Program-made: the position numbers and the translations under genes | The notes under the pieces: model-generated | Database searches by the model: none | Told to the model about the DNA's origin: nothing | What the model saw: only the letters and a program-made list of their open reading frames with translations | DNA from: Planctomycetales bacterium | Lineage (GTDB): Bacteria > 4484-113 | DNA length: 64,000 nt | NCBI GenBank assembly: GCA_037441675.1 | Contig: JBBIRS010000004.1 | Coordinates: 112,058-176,057 of the forward strand | Direction of reading: 5' to 3' | In this document: one piece after another, positions 8,846-19,739 of the stretch | Layout: the number at the start of each line of letters is the position of its first letter | Position numbering within the stretch: the stretch's first letter is position 1

Positions 8846-10783
8846 TCATCTATTTGATAGCGCTTTTGTGTAGTTCAGCTTACCGCCGCATAAAACTATT
8901 TCCGCCTCGCGGTTAGAAAGGTCATGAATTAGACTGAACCCAAAACCTTTAGTCAAATTTTTAGCGGTAATCTCATAATGGTTTTTCAGAGCTTCGTGGA
9001 GGTTCTCAAGTGTAAGAACATCACCCTGCTCAATTCTCTCGTAATCGTTCATGTCCTTGAATATTAGTGGGAGAATGCCAAAATTTATGAGATTTGAGCG
9101 ATGAATGCGCGCAAAGCTCTTAGCAATCTTAGCTCTAATCCCAAGAAAAGCAGGTGCAAGTCCAGCATGCTCACGACTACTTCCCTGACCGTAATTCATA
9201 CCTCCAATTACGAAACCACCGCCTTTCTCTTTAGCTCTTGCTGAAAAATTTGGGTCAACCGCCTCAAATACAAATTCTGATATCTTCGGAATGTTACTTC
9301 TATACGGAAGGACGCGTGTCCCCGCTGGTAAGATGTGGTCAGTGGTTACATTATCTCCTAGCTTTATGAGAATCTCTCCTGTCAATGTATCAGGCAAGGG
9401 TGGAATTTCCTGAATAGGGACGATATTAGGTCCTCGGATCACTTCAACCTTCTTCATTTCCTCATCTGGCAGTGGTGGAATTAATCCGCTGTCATCAATT
9501 ATGAACTCTTCCGGAATTTCAACAAATGGATATTCTCCGAAACTTCTAGGGTCAGTTACCACTCCAGTGATAGCACTCGCAACAGCAGTTTCAATACTTG
9601 TCAGGTAAATCTGAGCGTTCTTGGTGCCACTTCTGCCTTCAAAATTTCTGTTAAATGTCCTTAAAGAGACTCCACCACTTGGAGGGGCTTGCCCCATCCC
9701 AATGCATGGCCCACAAGCACTTTCCAATATCCTTGCTCCAGCTTTCACTAAATGGTACAAAGTATCGTCATCCGCCATCATCGTAAACACTTGCCTACTC
9801 CCAGGGGATACCGTTAAGCTCACTTCAGGGGATACCGTTCTGTTCCTCAGCATCAAAGCTGCAACCCTCATATCACGATAGGAAGAATTGGTACAACTAC
9901 CAATACAAACTTGATCAACCTTTAATCCTTGCACTTCAGTTACTGGAACCACATTATCTGGCATATGTGGTTTGGCGATGAGTGGTTCAATTTCAGCCAA
10001 GTTGATCTCAATTACATCAGAGTAATCTGCATCCTTATCAGGGGATAATGGAACGAAATCTTGTTCTCTGCCTTGAGCTCTTAAAAAAAACTTAGTTTCT
10101 TCATCCGTAGGAAAAATAGAAAATGTAGCACCAAGTTCAGCCCCCATATTGGTGATAGTTGCCCTATCAGGTATGCTGAGGCAATTTATTCCTTCGCCAA
10201 AGTATTCAAAGGCTTTCCCAACTCCACCCTTAACTGTCATCCTCCTTAGAAGTTCCAAAATGACATCCTTAGCGCTTACCCACGGATGCAATTTGCCCTT
10301 AAGATGAACACCGATAACTTCCGGACATGTGAGGTAAAACAAACCGCCACCCATGGCGACCGCTACGTCTAATCCGCCAGCTCCAATGGCAATCATCCCC
10401 AAACCGCCTGCTGTGGGCGTATGTGAATCTGAGCCAAGAAGGGTTTTCCCGGGACAGGCAAACCTTTCCAGATGAACCTGATGGCAAATTCCATTACCCG
10501 GACGAGAAAACCAAATTCCGTAACGAGCCGAAACGGTCTGTAAATATCTGTGGTCATCCGCATTTCTAAAGTCTGCTTGAAGCATATTATGATCTACATA
10601 AGAAACGGAGAGCTCCGTTTTCACCCTATCAAAACCTAGTGATTCAAACTGAAGATAAGCCATTGTGCCGGTTGCATCCTGTGTTAACGTTTGATCAATT
10701 CTGATGCCTATCTCCTTACCAGGTACTAACTCGCCGTCCACCAAATGTTCCCTTAAAAGTTTGAATGTAAGACTTTGACCCAT
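8846..10783 (-). CDS. acn: Aconitate hydratase (short single-chain type)
   Basis: TQDATG, GICHQVH, GSDSHT, IGSCTN, CGPCIG, NRNFEGR, TTDHI and GSSREHA motifs. Confidence 0.92.
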   Translation of the reverse strand: MGQSLTFKLLREHLVDGELVPGKEIGIRIDQTLTQDATGTMAYLQFESLGFDRVKTELSVSYVDHNMLQADFRNADDHRYLQTVSARYGIWFSRPGNGICHQVHLERFACPGKTLLGSDSHTPTAGGLGMIAIGAGGLDVAVAMGGGLFYLTCPEVIGVHLKGKLHPWVSAKDVILELLRRMTVKGGVGKAFEYFGEGINCLSIPDRATITNMGAELGATFSIFPTDEETKFFLRAQGREQDFVPLSPDKDADYSDVIEINLAEIEPLIAKPHMPDNVVPVTEVQGLKVDQVCIGSCTNSSYRDMRVAALMLRNRTVSPEVSLTVSPGSRQVFTMMADDDTLYHLVKAGARILESACGPCIGMGQAPPSGGVSLRTFNRNFEGRSGTKNAQIYLTSIETAVASAITGVVTDPRSFGEYPFVEIPEEFIIDDSGLIPPLPDEEMKKVEVIRGPNIVPIQEIPPLPDTLTGEILIKLGDNVTTDHILPAGTRVLPYRSNIPKISEFVFEAVDPNFSARAKEKGGGFVIGGMNYGQGSSREHAGLAPAFLGIRAKIAKSFARIHRSNLINFGILPLIFKDMNDYERIEQGDVLTLENLHEALKNHYEITAKNLTKGFGFSLIHDLSNREAEIVLCGGKLNYTKALSNR

Positions 10784-11066
10784 CCTTAGAGCCTCATCAT
10801 TATGAATTTGTCAGATAAAGATAGACCATTAAGATAATTAAGATATAGGATAAATGATTTCTCCTATAAATTATAGACTAATTTCATCTAAGGCTAAAGG
10901 GCAAAATGCTATAAGGTTTTATTTGCTCCTTTGGCATAAAAATAACGGAAATCATTTTCAACCTTAATGATTCTTTGATTATCCCTTAAGAGATAACGTT
11001 CTAATTAGTTACGAATAAGTTTCTTAAACCTCAGAAAATTAAACATATGCTAAACTCTTAAATAAG

Positions 11067-13712
11067 TTGAGAACAAGGATTTTCATTTCAGTCTTAGTTT
11101 TTCTAGCAATCTTGCTTATTCAGCAGGTTTACCGGTCATACAGGTTCGTTGAAGAAAATCTTGTGGCACATATCGGCAACCTGCAGAAAACTGTAAGCGA
11201 TATATCTGCGCGCAACTTTGAGAGTTATTTATTACGTCTCCTAAGTGAACTTGCTAGCATCGCTTCAGATTCAGACGTAATTCGCTTAAACGAAAGGGGG
11301 AAGTCAAAGCTCAGCGCTTTTCAAAAAGTTAAGAAGGTTTTCGTGAAATCTCTATGGATGCTAGATGGGAAGTTCAACCTAATTTTTTTCTTTCCCATTT
11401 CCGCTGAAAGTGAACGTTTGTTCATAGAGTATAAGAAAGAGCAAGCGCCCAAACCAATACTTTCCCCTGTTATCAGCGAACCATTAGCAGATGTTAAGGG
11501 AGAAAAGTCAATTCCAATAACCTTTCCAGTGATGGAGGACGGGAAATTTAAGGGCTCCATCGTAGTAATTCTTCGCGAGGAAAGTTTATCAAACTCATTC
11601 CTAACTCCTCTTCTTAATTATTCTACGCAAGGCTTTACAGGTCTTGCGGACAAGGATGGAAAGATTCTCTGGTCAATTTCTGCAATTAATTATCAAAAAG
11701 TGCAGGAAGGCTACTGGTCAGAGCAAGAGCGAGAGAATCTCAGGTTGCAGATTGCATCTACAAATGGAAACAAAGCTATCTACTACTCTGGGAGTCTACC
11801 CGAGGCTACTGGAAAATGGATTATTGGAATTGCGCCAATCAATTTAGGAACTGATAAGACATGGTATCTCATTTCTGCGGTTCCATCTACTACCTTAGAA
11901 TCATCCTTGGCAACCTACCGTATCATCTCCTTAGGAATGGCAACAGTCGTAGCGCTCATTTTTGTTTCATTACTTTGGGCATTACTTCGGGCGCAAAAAG
12001 AATCCTATATTATTAAAGAAAGAGCAAAGCTTGCTGATGAGTTTGAGCTAACACTCAAAGAGAGAACTGCGGAGCTTGCATCCGCTAAGGAAAGCCTCTC
12101 AATTTATGCAAAGAATTTGGAAGCCCAAATTGAAGAGAGAACGAAGAAACTCAAACAAAGCGAAGAAATGTACCGACAACTAGTAGAGAACGTAGGAACA
12201 GCAATTTTCATCCTACGTGGCTCTAAGATAGCTTACGTAAATCCAGCTTTCCTGGCAAGCTGGAAAGAGAAGACACAGCCATCCCACTGGGTTGGCGAAG
12301 AATTAATTTACTTCGTTTCCAAGAGCAGAAGACCTAACATCTTAAATGCGCTTTCACGCCTTAACGAAGGAGAAGAATTTATTACCATTGGCGAGCTTGA
12401 AATTGAAGAGAATGAAAGTAACAAGCGTATTTGGGAGGGAACACTAAAGAGGGTCCAGCTTTTGGAGAGATGCCTCATTATTGGTTTCTTTAACGATATA
12501 ACGCAAAGAAAGACGCTGGAGCGGCAGGTTCTCCAGGCTCAAAAGTTGGAGAGCATGGGCAGGCTTGCCGGTGGCATCGCCCACGATTTCAACAACATTC
12601 TCGCAGCTATCTTCGGGCACCTTACACTTTTAAGGGAGGAAGCTCAGGACAAGCTCACTAGCGAAGCACTTAATCTTATCTCAACGGTGGAAAACGCTGC
12701 GAAAAGAGCGGCAGATTTAACTAAAAAACTACTCGTGTTCACTCGCAGGTCAGAGGAAGTTCATCACCCCGTGGACATCAACAAATCATTGAACGATGTT
12801 TCAGAGCTGGTTAGGACATCGTTAACTAGAGGCATTACCTTCACCGTGAAAAAAACCGAAGAGAAGCTTGTTGCGTTAGCAGATCCGATTGAGGTCCAGC
12901 AGGTGCTAATGAATTTGTGCATTAACGCCATTGAAGCTATGCCCGATGGAGGAAGACTCTCCATTACTGCGGGTTTAGTTAGCCGTGAGGAAGACCCATC
13001 TCTTCCACAAGATGGTGATAGCGTATCTAAATTTGTCAGAATAAGAGTGATAGACACCGGACACGGAATAGACCCAAGTATTCTCCCCCACATTTTTGAA
13101 CCATTCTTCACCACCAAAGAAGTTGGGAAAGGCAGTGGGTTAGGATTGTCAATAGCTTACCATATTGCACGAAAGCACAACGGTTACTTATGCGTTGACT
13201 CTGACTGGGGTAGAGGAAGCGTCTTCACCCTTTACTTACCTGCTGCATTAAAAGGAGAAGAACTTGCCGGCAAAAGAGAAGAGTATCGGTTTCCAAACTT
13301 CAGTGGCTCACCACCAGTACTCATGGCGGATGATGAAGAGATGATTACAGCTGCGGCGCAGAAATTCTTTTCAAACTACGGCTTAACTATTTTAACCGCT
13401 AGAGACGGAGTTGAGGCGATTGACCTATTTAAGAAGCATCAATTTGAAGTTCCTCTGGTTATTTTAGATATGCGAATGCCTAGAATGAGCGGTCCGGAAG
13501 TTTTCAGACTTATTCACAAAATTAATCCAAATGTAACTGGTATTTTAATAACCGGCTTTAGCGAAGAAGTTGACAGTGGTTTTCTAGATAATTTAGGTTT
13601 TAAGGAGATCATTCGCAAACCATACACCTTTGAGGAGCTTTCAAAAACTCTGGCGAAGTACCTTCTACCGTTAAGAAAAAATGCGCCTGAAGCCGCTTCA
13701 AGCCTAGGTTAG
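11067..13712 (+). CDS. Hybrid sensor histidine kinase (2 TM, Cache-like periplasmic domain, PAS, HisKA, HATPase, REC)
   Basis: AQKLESMGRLAGGIAHDFNN, NLCINA, DTGHG, FEPFFTTK, GSGLGL, and receiver MADDE...LDMRMP...KPY. Confidence 0.93.
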   Translation: MRTRIFISVLVFLAILLIQQVYRSYRFVEENLVAHIGNLQKTVSDISARNFESYLLRLLSELASIASDSDVIRLNERGKSKLSAFQKVKKVFVKSLWMLDGKFNLIFFFPISAESERLFIEYKKEQAPKPILSPVISEPLADVKGEKSIPITFPVMEDGKFKGSIVVILREESLSNSFLTPLLNYSTQGFTGLADKDGKILWSISAINYQKVQEGYWSEQERENLRLQIASTNGNKAIYYSGSLPEATGKWIIGIAPINLGTDKTWYLISAVPSTTLESSLATYRIISLGMATVVALIFVSLLWALLRAQKESYIIKERAKLADEFELTLKERTAELASAKESLSIYAKNLEAQIEERTKKLKQSEEMYRQLVENVGTAIFILRGSKIAYVNPAFLASWKEKTQPSHWVGEELIYFVSKSRRPNILNALSRLNEGEEFITIGELEIEENESNKRIWEGTLKRVQLLERCLIIGFFNDITQRKTLERQVLQAQKLESMGRLAGGIAHDFNNILAAIFGHLTLLREEAQDKLTSEALNLISTVENAAKRAADLTKKLLVFTRRSEEVHHPVDINKSLNDVSELVRTSLTRGITFTVKKTEEKLVALADPIEVQQVLMNLCINAIEAMPDGGRLSITAGLVSREEDPSLPQDGDSVSKFVRIRVIDTGHGIDPSILPHIFEPFFTTKEVGKGSGLGLSIAYHIARKHNGYLCVDSDWGRGSVFTLYLPAALKGEELAGKREEYRFPNFSGSPPVLMADDEEMITAAAQKFFSNYGLTILTARDGVEAIDLFKKHQFEVPLVILDMRMPRMSGPEVFRLIHKINPNVTGILITGFSEEVDSGFLDNLGFKEIIRKPYTFEELSKTLAKYLLPLRKNAPEAASSLG

Positions 13713-13851
13713 AATTGAACTTTTACTGCTTCCCCACACTTAATATCAAATCGTGAGGGAATGTACGATTTTTTATAAATTTTGAAGCCCTGAGATTGTG
13801 ATTGATTTTATACTCTTAGCAATTTAACTCTTAGGGTGCTTCAAAGCGGTC

Positions 13852-15897
13852 TCATCCAGCGCTTTTTTTCAAGACAGTTTCAGTTAACTTCCGCTCTGGA
13901 TATTTCACCCTAGAATGATGCAAATTCACCAACACGGAAGTGAAAGTTTCCACAATCTTTCCAATGTCCGCAACACTTAATCCAGAATCGTTCAGTAAAC
14001 CGGCTGAAATCTTTTGATCAATCACACTTCTGACCAAAGAACTAATTTCCTCTGGAGAAAATTTCTCCTTAGACCGGGCAATAGCTTCGCAGGTATCAGC
14101 AATCATCACAATTGCTGTCTCCTTACTGCAGGGATTGGGACCTGGATAACGATAATCGTCTATTGAAATATCCTCATCTATCCCTTGCTCCTTTCTTCTA
14201 ATAGCTTCTTCGTAAAAATACTTCACCACATCTCGACCATGATGCTCAGGAATAAATGCGATTACTTCCGCAGGTAGCCTATACTTCTTGCCTAGCTCAA
14301 TTCCCTCAGTTACATGATGAACCACAATTTGACAGGAACTTTCCGGGGGAAGACTTTGGTGCGGATTCAACGATGAGTCGCTTATATTTTCTGCAAAAAA
14401 GCCCGGACGTTTCAACTTTCCAATATCGTGATACATCGCTCCTACTTTTGCCAAAAGTGCGTTAGCGCCGATAAGCCCACAACATTCCTCAGCCATACTT
14501 GCCATTATTAGTGAGTGAAAGTAAGTTCCTGGTGCTTCATTAAGCAAGCGTTTCATTAAAGGATGATCTTGGTTTAAGAGAGAAGAAAGCTTTCCCGGGG
14601 TTGCTTGAGTAGAAACAAGCTCAAGTACAGGAGTAGAACCAAGGGCAAGTACAGCTGAACCAAATCCCGCTAGGAAAGCGTATAGCACCACAAACGATGA
14701 ATAGGTTTGAACAGAGACTAGTATCACTATTAACGCCATAATAAGATTAAAGACACCTAGGTTAAGTCCGAAGTATGCTAGGCTTTTGGCATCACTTTTC
14801 CTACGCAGAAAAACAACTGGATAGATTGAGGATAGTAATAAATATGCAGAAAGATGTGAACCCAGACCAAGAGCAAGAGCCACAATAATTGAAATACCCA
14901 CACCTAAGTAAAGACCAAGGATTGCGTCATAAATTGTAACTATCATAATTACGTAAGCAGAAATGCCAAGAGGAAGCGCATAGTATATGTAAGGAAATGG
15001 CAACCTGCCAATCACTAGTGAAAGGGCGAGAGCACAAACCAGGATAATGCTCATCTGAAGCCAAACCCAGGGCATTTTTAACAAATGCTGCTTATATAAA
15101 GTTGAATGGACCTGCCATATGACAAACATTACTATTAGTAAAACGAAGAGGCCCCAAAATGATAGTACCTTCTGACGCTTGAACCCCTCCTTCACCGCTT
15201 CAATCTTATCCAACACCAGGCGCGTTACCACTCCAGATTCCCCCAAGATGATTTCTCCTTTTTTTATCGGATGGGAAACCAAGCGCATTATGTGTTCTTT
15301 AACCGCGCCCGGCTCTGTGCTCTCCTTGATATTCACCTTCAAGAAAGAATGTGCTACTACTTCAGGAAGAGTGGTGGATGGATTATTAATAATACTTCTC
15401 TTAAAAGCGGATAGCCTATCCTCGTCAACAATGGTTTTCATAACTGCACTCACAACCTGAGTTGTATAAGTTTCCACCTCAGAAAGAGTTCTCTCATCAA
15501 AAGTTAGTAGGACTGCTACAGCTTCTTTTGGAACACCATATTCAGTAGAAATGCTTGCCGAGATTTCTTCCGCAGTTGCCTGGCTTATTTGACTAGTCCT
15601 AATCCGTAAAAAGAACCTCCTTACGTTTAGTAGAACTTCTTCTTCAACTTTTGGGTCAATAATATAAGCTTTACCTTGACGCGTTAGCTTTTCTAAGGCT
15701 TCAGAGTCAATGTAAAAGGCGTCCATTGGACTTACAATGTTATATGGAATTATCTGCCCAACCGAAAGCTTGACAGGAAATATGAAGTAATGAAGCCAAA
15801 GTAGTAGGAGTGAGCCAATCAGTAACGGAAGTGCAAAAAGTAGGCGTAAGGTGATATCTAATGCTTTTTCACGGTTTTCCCAAAACTCTCTTAGCAT
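13852..15897 (-). CDS. 7TM-HDIG phosphohydrolase (PgpH/YqfF-like, putative c-di-AMP phosphodiesterase)
   Basis: Extracytoplasmic domain, multiple TM helices, EAPGTYFHS, YHDIGK, EHHG, YPGPNP, IAD; directly downstream of phoH. Confidence 0.85.
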   Translation of the reverse strand: MLREFWENREKALDITLRLLFALPLLIGSLLLLWLHYFIFPVKLSVGQIIPYNIVSPMDAFYIDSEALEKLTRQGKAYIIDPKVEEEVLLNVRRFFLRIRTSQISQATAEEISASISTEYGVPKEAVAVLLTFDERTLSEVETYTTQVVSAVMKTIVDEDRLSAFKRSIINNPSTTLPEVVAHSFLKVNIKESTEPGAVKEHIMRLVSHPIKKGEIILGESGVVTRLVLDKIEAVKEGFKRQKVLSFWGLFVLLIVMFVIWQVHSTLYKQHLLKMPWVWLQMSIILVCALALSLVIGRLPFPYIYYALPLGISAYVIMIVTIYDAILGLYLGVGISIIVALALGLGSHLSAYLLLSSIYPVVFLRRKSDAKSLAYFGLNLGVFNLIMALIVILVSVQTYSSFVVLYAFLAGFGSAVLALGSTPVLELVSTQATPGKLSSLLNQDHPLMKRLLNEAPGTYFHSLIMASMAEECCGLIGANALLAKVGAMYHDIGKLKRPGFFAENISDSSLNPHQSLPPESSCQIVVHHVTEGIELGKKYRLPAEVIAFIPEHHGRDVVKYFYEEAIRRKEQGIDEDISIDDYRYPGPNPCSKETAIVMIADTCEAIARSKEKFSPEEISSLVRSVIDQKISAGLLNDSGLSVADIGKIVETFTSVLVNLHHSRVKYPERKLTETVLKKSAG

Positions 15898-15924
15898 AGT
15901 GGAGAAAATAATAAAAGTTAAAAA

Positions 15925-16980
15925 CTAATCTTCCGATAGCCTTTTACGCGGTGACCTTCCCTCTTCCGGTGGAGAGTTTGCATCCTCATATTTAATATAG
16001 GCGTTGATAATTTTTTGCACTATGGGATTTCTTACAATATCAACTTCTTTAAGCTCAACCGTTCTTATGCCCTCATTCAAGGTCTTTAGTATACTTAAAG
16101 CTGAAATAAAACCGGATTTTACCCTTGCCTCCAGATCAATTTGGGTAATATCGCCTGTAACGACAGATTTGCTTCCCCTACCCATTCTAGTCAAGAACAT
16201 CTTCATCTGTTGGTAGGTTGTGTTCTGAGCCTCATCAAGAATGACAAACGAATTGTTAAGACTTCGTCCTCGCATAAAAGCAAGTGGAGCAACCTCAATA
16301 ACTCCACGCTCAATTAGCTTCCTCGTTGGGTCGAAACCCAATATATCATTTAAGGCATCAAAAAGAGGAACTAGATATGGATTGACCTTTTCCGCAATTG
16401 TTCCAGGTAAGTAGCCTAGACTTTCCCCCGCTTCAACAGCAGGACGTGTCAGCACTATTCTATTCACCAAGCCCCGCTTAAAGTGTGAAATTGCTGAAGC
16501 TACGGAAAGAAATGTTTTCCCCGTCCCAGCTGGACCAAAGCAAAGGGTTAAATCGCACTCTTCGATTGAACGAAGAAACTCTTCCTGTCCTGGCGTTTTT
16601 GGAACAACCTTCGGAAGAAATGGAAGATATTCAGTATAGGATCGCTTTTCAACTGCTACTTCTCCTGTGGAAACTTCTAGAACACGTTCCCTAACCTCTT
16701 CCTCTGAAATATAACCAACCTTTCGAATCGTGCGATGAATCTCTTCAATAATGGATAGAGCATTCTCAACCTCACTTGGATTTCCAACCAGGTGAAGGGT
16801 CAAACCCCGTGTATAAACTTTAACAGGCAGGTATCGTCTTATTAGACGTAGATTGCTGTCAAAATCGCCAAGAACTTCCTGCATCTCCGTTCTGTCTCTG
16901 AAATGAACGCTCTCAGAGACAATAGAACCTTCTGCCTCAGGAAGGATTTTCTCGGATGCTTTTTCCGCCTTCTTAGACAA
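15925..16980 (-). CDS. phoH: PhoH-family ATPase
   Basis: GPAGTGKT, RPAVEAGESLGYLPG, MRGRS, DEAQN and GDITQID motifs. Confidence 0.93.
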   Translation of the reverse strand: MSKKAEKASEKILPEAEGSIVSESVHFRDRTEMQEVLGDFDSNLRLIRRYLPVKVYTRGLTLHLVGNPSEVENALSIIEEIHRTIRKVGYISEEEVRERVLEVSTGEVAVEKRSYTEYLPFLPKVVPKTPGQEEFLRSIEECDLTLCFGPAGTGKTFLSVASAISHFKRGLVNRIVLTRPAVEAGESLGYLPGTIAEKVNPYLVPLFDALNDILGFDPTRKLIERGVIEVAPLAFMRGRSLNNSFVILDEAQNTTYQQMKMFLTRMGRGSKSVVTGDITQIDLEARVKSGFISALSILKTLNEGIRTVELKEVDIVRNPIVQKIINAYIKYEDANSPPEEGRSPRKRLSED

Positions 16981-17092
16981 ACCTTAAGCTTTATATTTTA
17001 CCAAATTTAGGAGACTTGATTGTTGATTTTTCGTTGCAGTGAGGCGTAAATGTAAGCTCCGAGCCATGCAGACTGGTATAAGCCCGCGCTTG

Positions 17093-18259
17093 TTAGGTAA
17101 AATTTGCTAGGATTTTCTTGAATTCTCTAATCACCCTCTTTACTTCAACCTTTGTTAAGAGATGGTAAATTGGGAGACTAATTTCTCCTCTACCAATCTT
17201 TTCAGCCACAGGAAAATCACCTTTCCTATAATCAAGGAGCTTCTGATAATAGCTCATTAAGTGAATCGGTTTATAATGCACTGAGCACTCTACTCCTCTC
17301 CGATAAAGCTCTAGAATTATCCTATCCCTCTTAGAAGCCAAGTTATTATCAGTGAGAACTAATGGAAACAGATGATAGGAGCTCTTGGAGTTGCTTAGCT
17401 TTCTCTGAAACATCAAGCCATCAATTTTTGAAAATTCCCGCTCGTATTCAAGGGCGATCTCTTTTCTAATTTCAGCATTCTGCCACGCTCTCTTCAGTTG
17501 AACTAGGCCGATTGCCGATTGGACGTCGGTGAAATTGAACTTATATCCCGGCAATACAACATCATAGTTTGATGCAGGCGTATTGCGGCTATAACTTTTT
17601 GCGATACCATGCAAATGCCAAGCTTTTGCTTGCTCCAAGTGGCTCTTACGCTTCGTGACAAGCATACCTCCCTCAATAGTGGTTATGCCCTTGGTAGGGT
17701 AAAAGGAAAAACAGGCAAAATCGGAAAATAAACCAGAATGCTTTCCAAAGATTTCTGCTGGAAAAGCGTGTGCACAATCTTCAATTAGAAAAAGCCCATG
17801 CTTCTTCGCAATCTTTACGATTTCAAGCATATTGCAAAAGGAGCTTCCAAAATGGACACAAATTATGGCTTTCGTCTTGCTTGAAATCGCAGATTCTATT
17901 TTCTCTTCATCTAGACAGAAAGTATCCTCGCGGACGTCAACAAATTTAGCTCTTCCACCCAACCTTACAACAGCGTTAATCGGTGAGACGAAACTAAGAG
18001 GACTTACAATTACTTCGTCACCATAAGAAATCCCAATAACCCTAAGAGCTAGTTCAATGGCAGAAGTGCATGATGATGTGGCAAGGGCATACTTAGCACC
18101 GATAAAGTTAGCGAACTTTTCCTCAAACTCTCTAGTCAGTGCGCCCCTTGTTAGCCAGCCAGTTGAAAATACCTTCTTTATCTCAGATAATTCCTCTCTT
18201 CCAATATCAGGCTGGTGAAAATGTATTAGTCTTTTTTCTTTTTGCACTTGATTTTTCAA
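17093..18259 (-). CDS. DegT/DnrJ/EryC1/StrS PLP-dependent sugar aminotransferase
   Basis: SSCTSA, EDCAHA, FSFYPTK, EGGM and SLPIY motifs. Confidence 0.92.
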   Translation of the reverse strand: MKNQVQKEKRLIHFHQPDIGREELSEIKKVFSTGWLTRGALTREFEEKFANFIGAKYALATSSCTSAIELALRVIGISYGDEVIVSPLSFVSPINAVVRLGGRAKFVDVREDTFCLDEEKIESAISSKTKAIICVHFGSSFCNMLEIVKIAKKHGLFLIEDCAHAFPAEIFGKHSGLFSDFACFSFYPTKGITTIEGGMLVTKRKSHLEQAKAWHLHGIAKSYSRNTPASNYDVVLPGYKFNFTDVQSAIGLVQLKRAWQNAEIRKEIALEYEREFSKIDGLMFQRKLSNSKSSYHLFPLVLTDNNLASKRDRIILELYRRGVECSVHYKPIHLMSYYQKLLDYRKGDFPVAEKIGRGEISLPIYHLLTKVEVKRVIREFKKILANFT

Positions 18260-18341
18260 TACACAACCCGATTCAGCTTAGTTTTTTTCCATAAAGTCCT
18301 GTTTTACCATAAGTATTTTAATTCTTAAGCTTCTAACCCTA

Positions 18342-18350
18342 TGTTATAAT
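18342..18350 (+). promoter_or_regulatory. Extended -10 promoter TGTTATAAT
   Basis: Perfect TGnTATAAT 28 nt upstream of the ATG at 18379; AAGGAG SD at about 18365. Confidence 0.55.
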
Positions 18351-18378
18351 TGGACTAATTGTACAAGGAGTAAGTGTA

Positions 18379-19656
18379 ATGAAAAGACACCTTTTATGGC
18401 TAAGTGTTATTACTCTTTCCCTTGGAATTGTACTTTCAAATCCCTCTAAGGCTGAAGATAAGTCTGAAGATGCCCACTTTGCTGGTTCATCAGTTAAGTT
18501 ATACTCCAAGGGTTACTCCCATATAGATGTTGGCTATTACATTCAAAAGCTAAAAGATATCTTCTTCACTGAGGAATTTAAGAAGAAATATCCAGTTGCA
18601 GGTATGATAGAAAAATTTTATAGAGATTTAGGTTACTTTGCGATTAAAGATTACATCTACGAAAGTAGGATGAGCAATGTCAAAATCTACTCAAAGGAGA
18701 CCCTCTTACTATCCAAGGACTATCCTGATTCCATACTTTACATTCTCGTGCAACTTCCTGATAGGAATTTTAAGATAGGATCATTATTTGCGGAAAGCGA
18801 CTATGTGTTCCTTCTTGCCATAAACAACTATCAAGAGGTAGGGAAAATACTTTTCAGCAAGGCGATAGATGCTTTCAAAAGTATGGGTGAAGCTCCACCT
18901 GAATTGAACCAAATGATGGGCTTTCTGCAGTTCTTTCAGGTAAGGGAAGAGCTTAAGGACGCTCTAGGGAAGGAGCTAGACATCCTTTTATTTGACACCC
19001 CAAATATTACGCCCCCCCCAACTTCACCACAGGACGTATTCTTCGCGGTAATTACCTCGGTGGAAAATTATCAGAAAGCTGAGGAACTTCTAAAGACCGC
19101 CAGCGGTGTGCTTGGCTTTTCGATGAATAATCCTTCTTTCGAAAGCTCAGAATGGAGGTTTTATGAAATTTTACAAAGCAATGTATTCTTGGGTCTCACA
19201 GGAGAATGGCTTGTGCTAACCAGCAAGCCAAAGGAATTCGTAAAACTCGTCATAGAAAACAGAAGTAAATTTCATCAAGACCTCCCCTGCTCCAATGTTT
19301 TTATGCGCATAAATGCGAACCGATTGTTCCGTGAGTTGGGTGAACCTGCCATAGAAATGCTCCGCCAAAAAATGCCATCTTTAGCCACAAGGGAAATAGC
19401 TTACTTCTTTGACATAACTCCAAACACCGAACTTGGAAAGATTGAAATTACCTGCACTCACGGACCCGATAGTTTCGTCACTGTAACTGAGATGGATGAC
19501 GAAGTTGTTAATGGAGCTCTTTATTTAATTACTAACGCTCTCGAGTTCGCCGTTATGAAGGGAATGGAGATGAAGAAGGAGCATATGCATATGGAAATGG
19601 AAGAGGAAGAAGGGAATTATGAAGAAGAGGCGTTTGATTCTCGCGTTCCTTTCTGA
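18379..19656 (+). CDS. Secreted hypothetical protein with a Met/His/Glu-rich C-terminal tail
   Basis: Signal peptide ending PSKA; SD and promoter present; 425-aa open frame. Confidence 0.7.
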   Translation: MKRHLLWLSVITLSLGIVLSNPSKAEDKSEDAHFAGSSVKLYSKGYSHIDVGYYIQKLKDIFFTEEFKKKYPVAGMIEKFYRDLGYFAIKDYIYESRMSNVKIYSKETLLLSKDYPDSILYILVQLPDRNFKIGSLFAESDYVFLLAINNYQEVGKILFSKAIDAFKSMGEAPPELNQMMGFLQFFQVREELKDALGKELDILLFDTPNITPPPTSPQDVFFAVITSVENYQKAEELLKTASGVLGFSMNNPSFESSEWRFYEILQSNVFLGLTGEWLVLTSKPKEFVKLVIENRSKFHQDLPCSNVFMRINANRLFRELGEPAIEMLRQKMPSLATREIAYFFDITPNTELGKIEITCTHGPDSFVTVTEMDDEVVNGALYLITNALEFAVMKGMEMKKEHMHMEMEEEEGNYEEEAFDSRVPF

Positions 19657-19739
19657 AGACTTAAAAGACAAGCTACCTAAGAGAGCGCTAGTATTCTAGC
19701 CTGTTCCAATAATTTGTAAAATTTGTAGTAACTATACCT

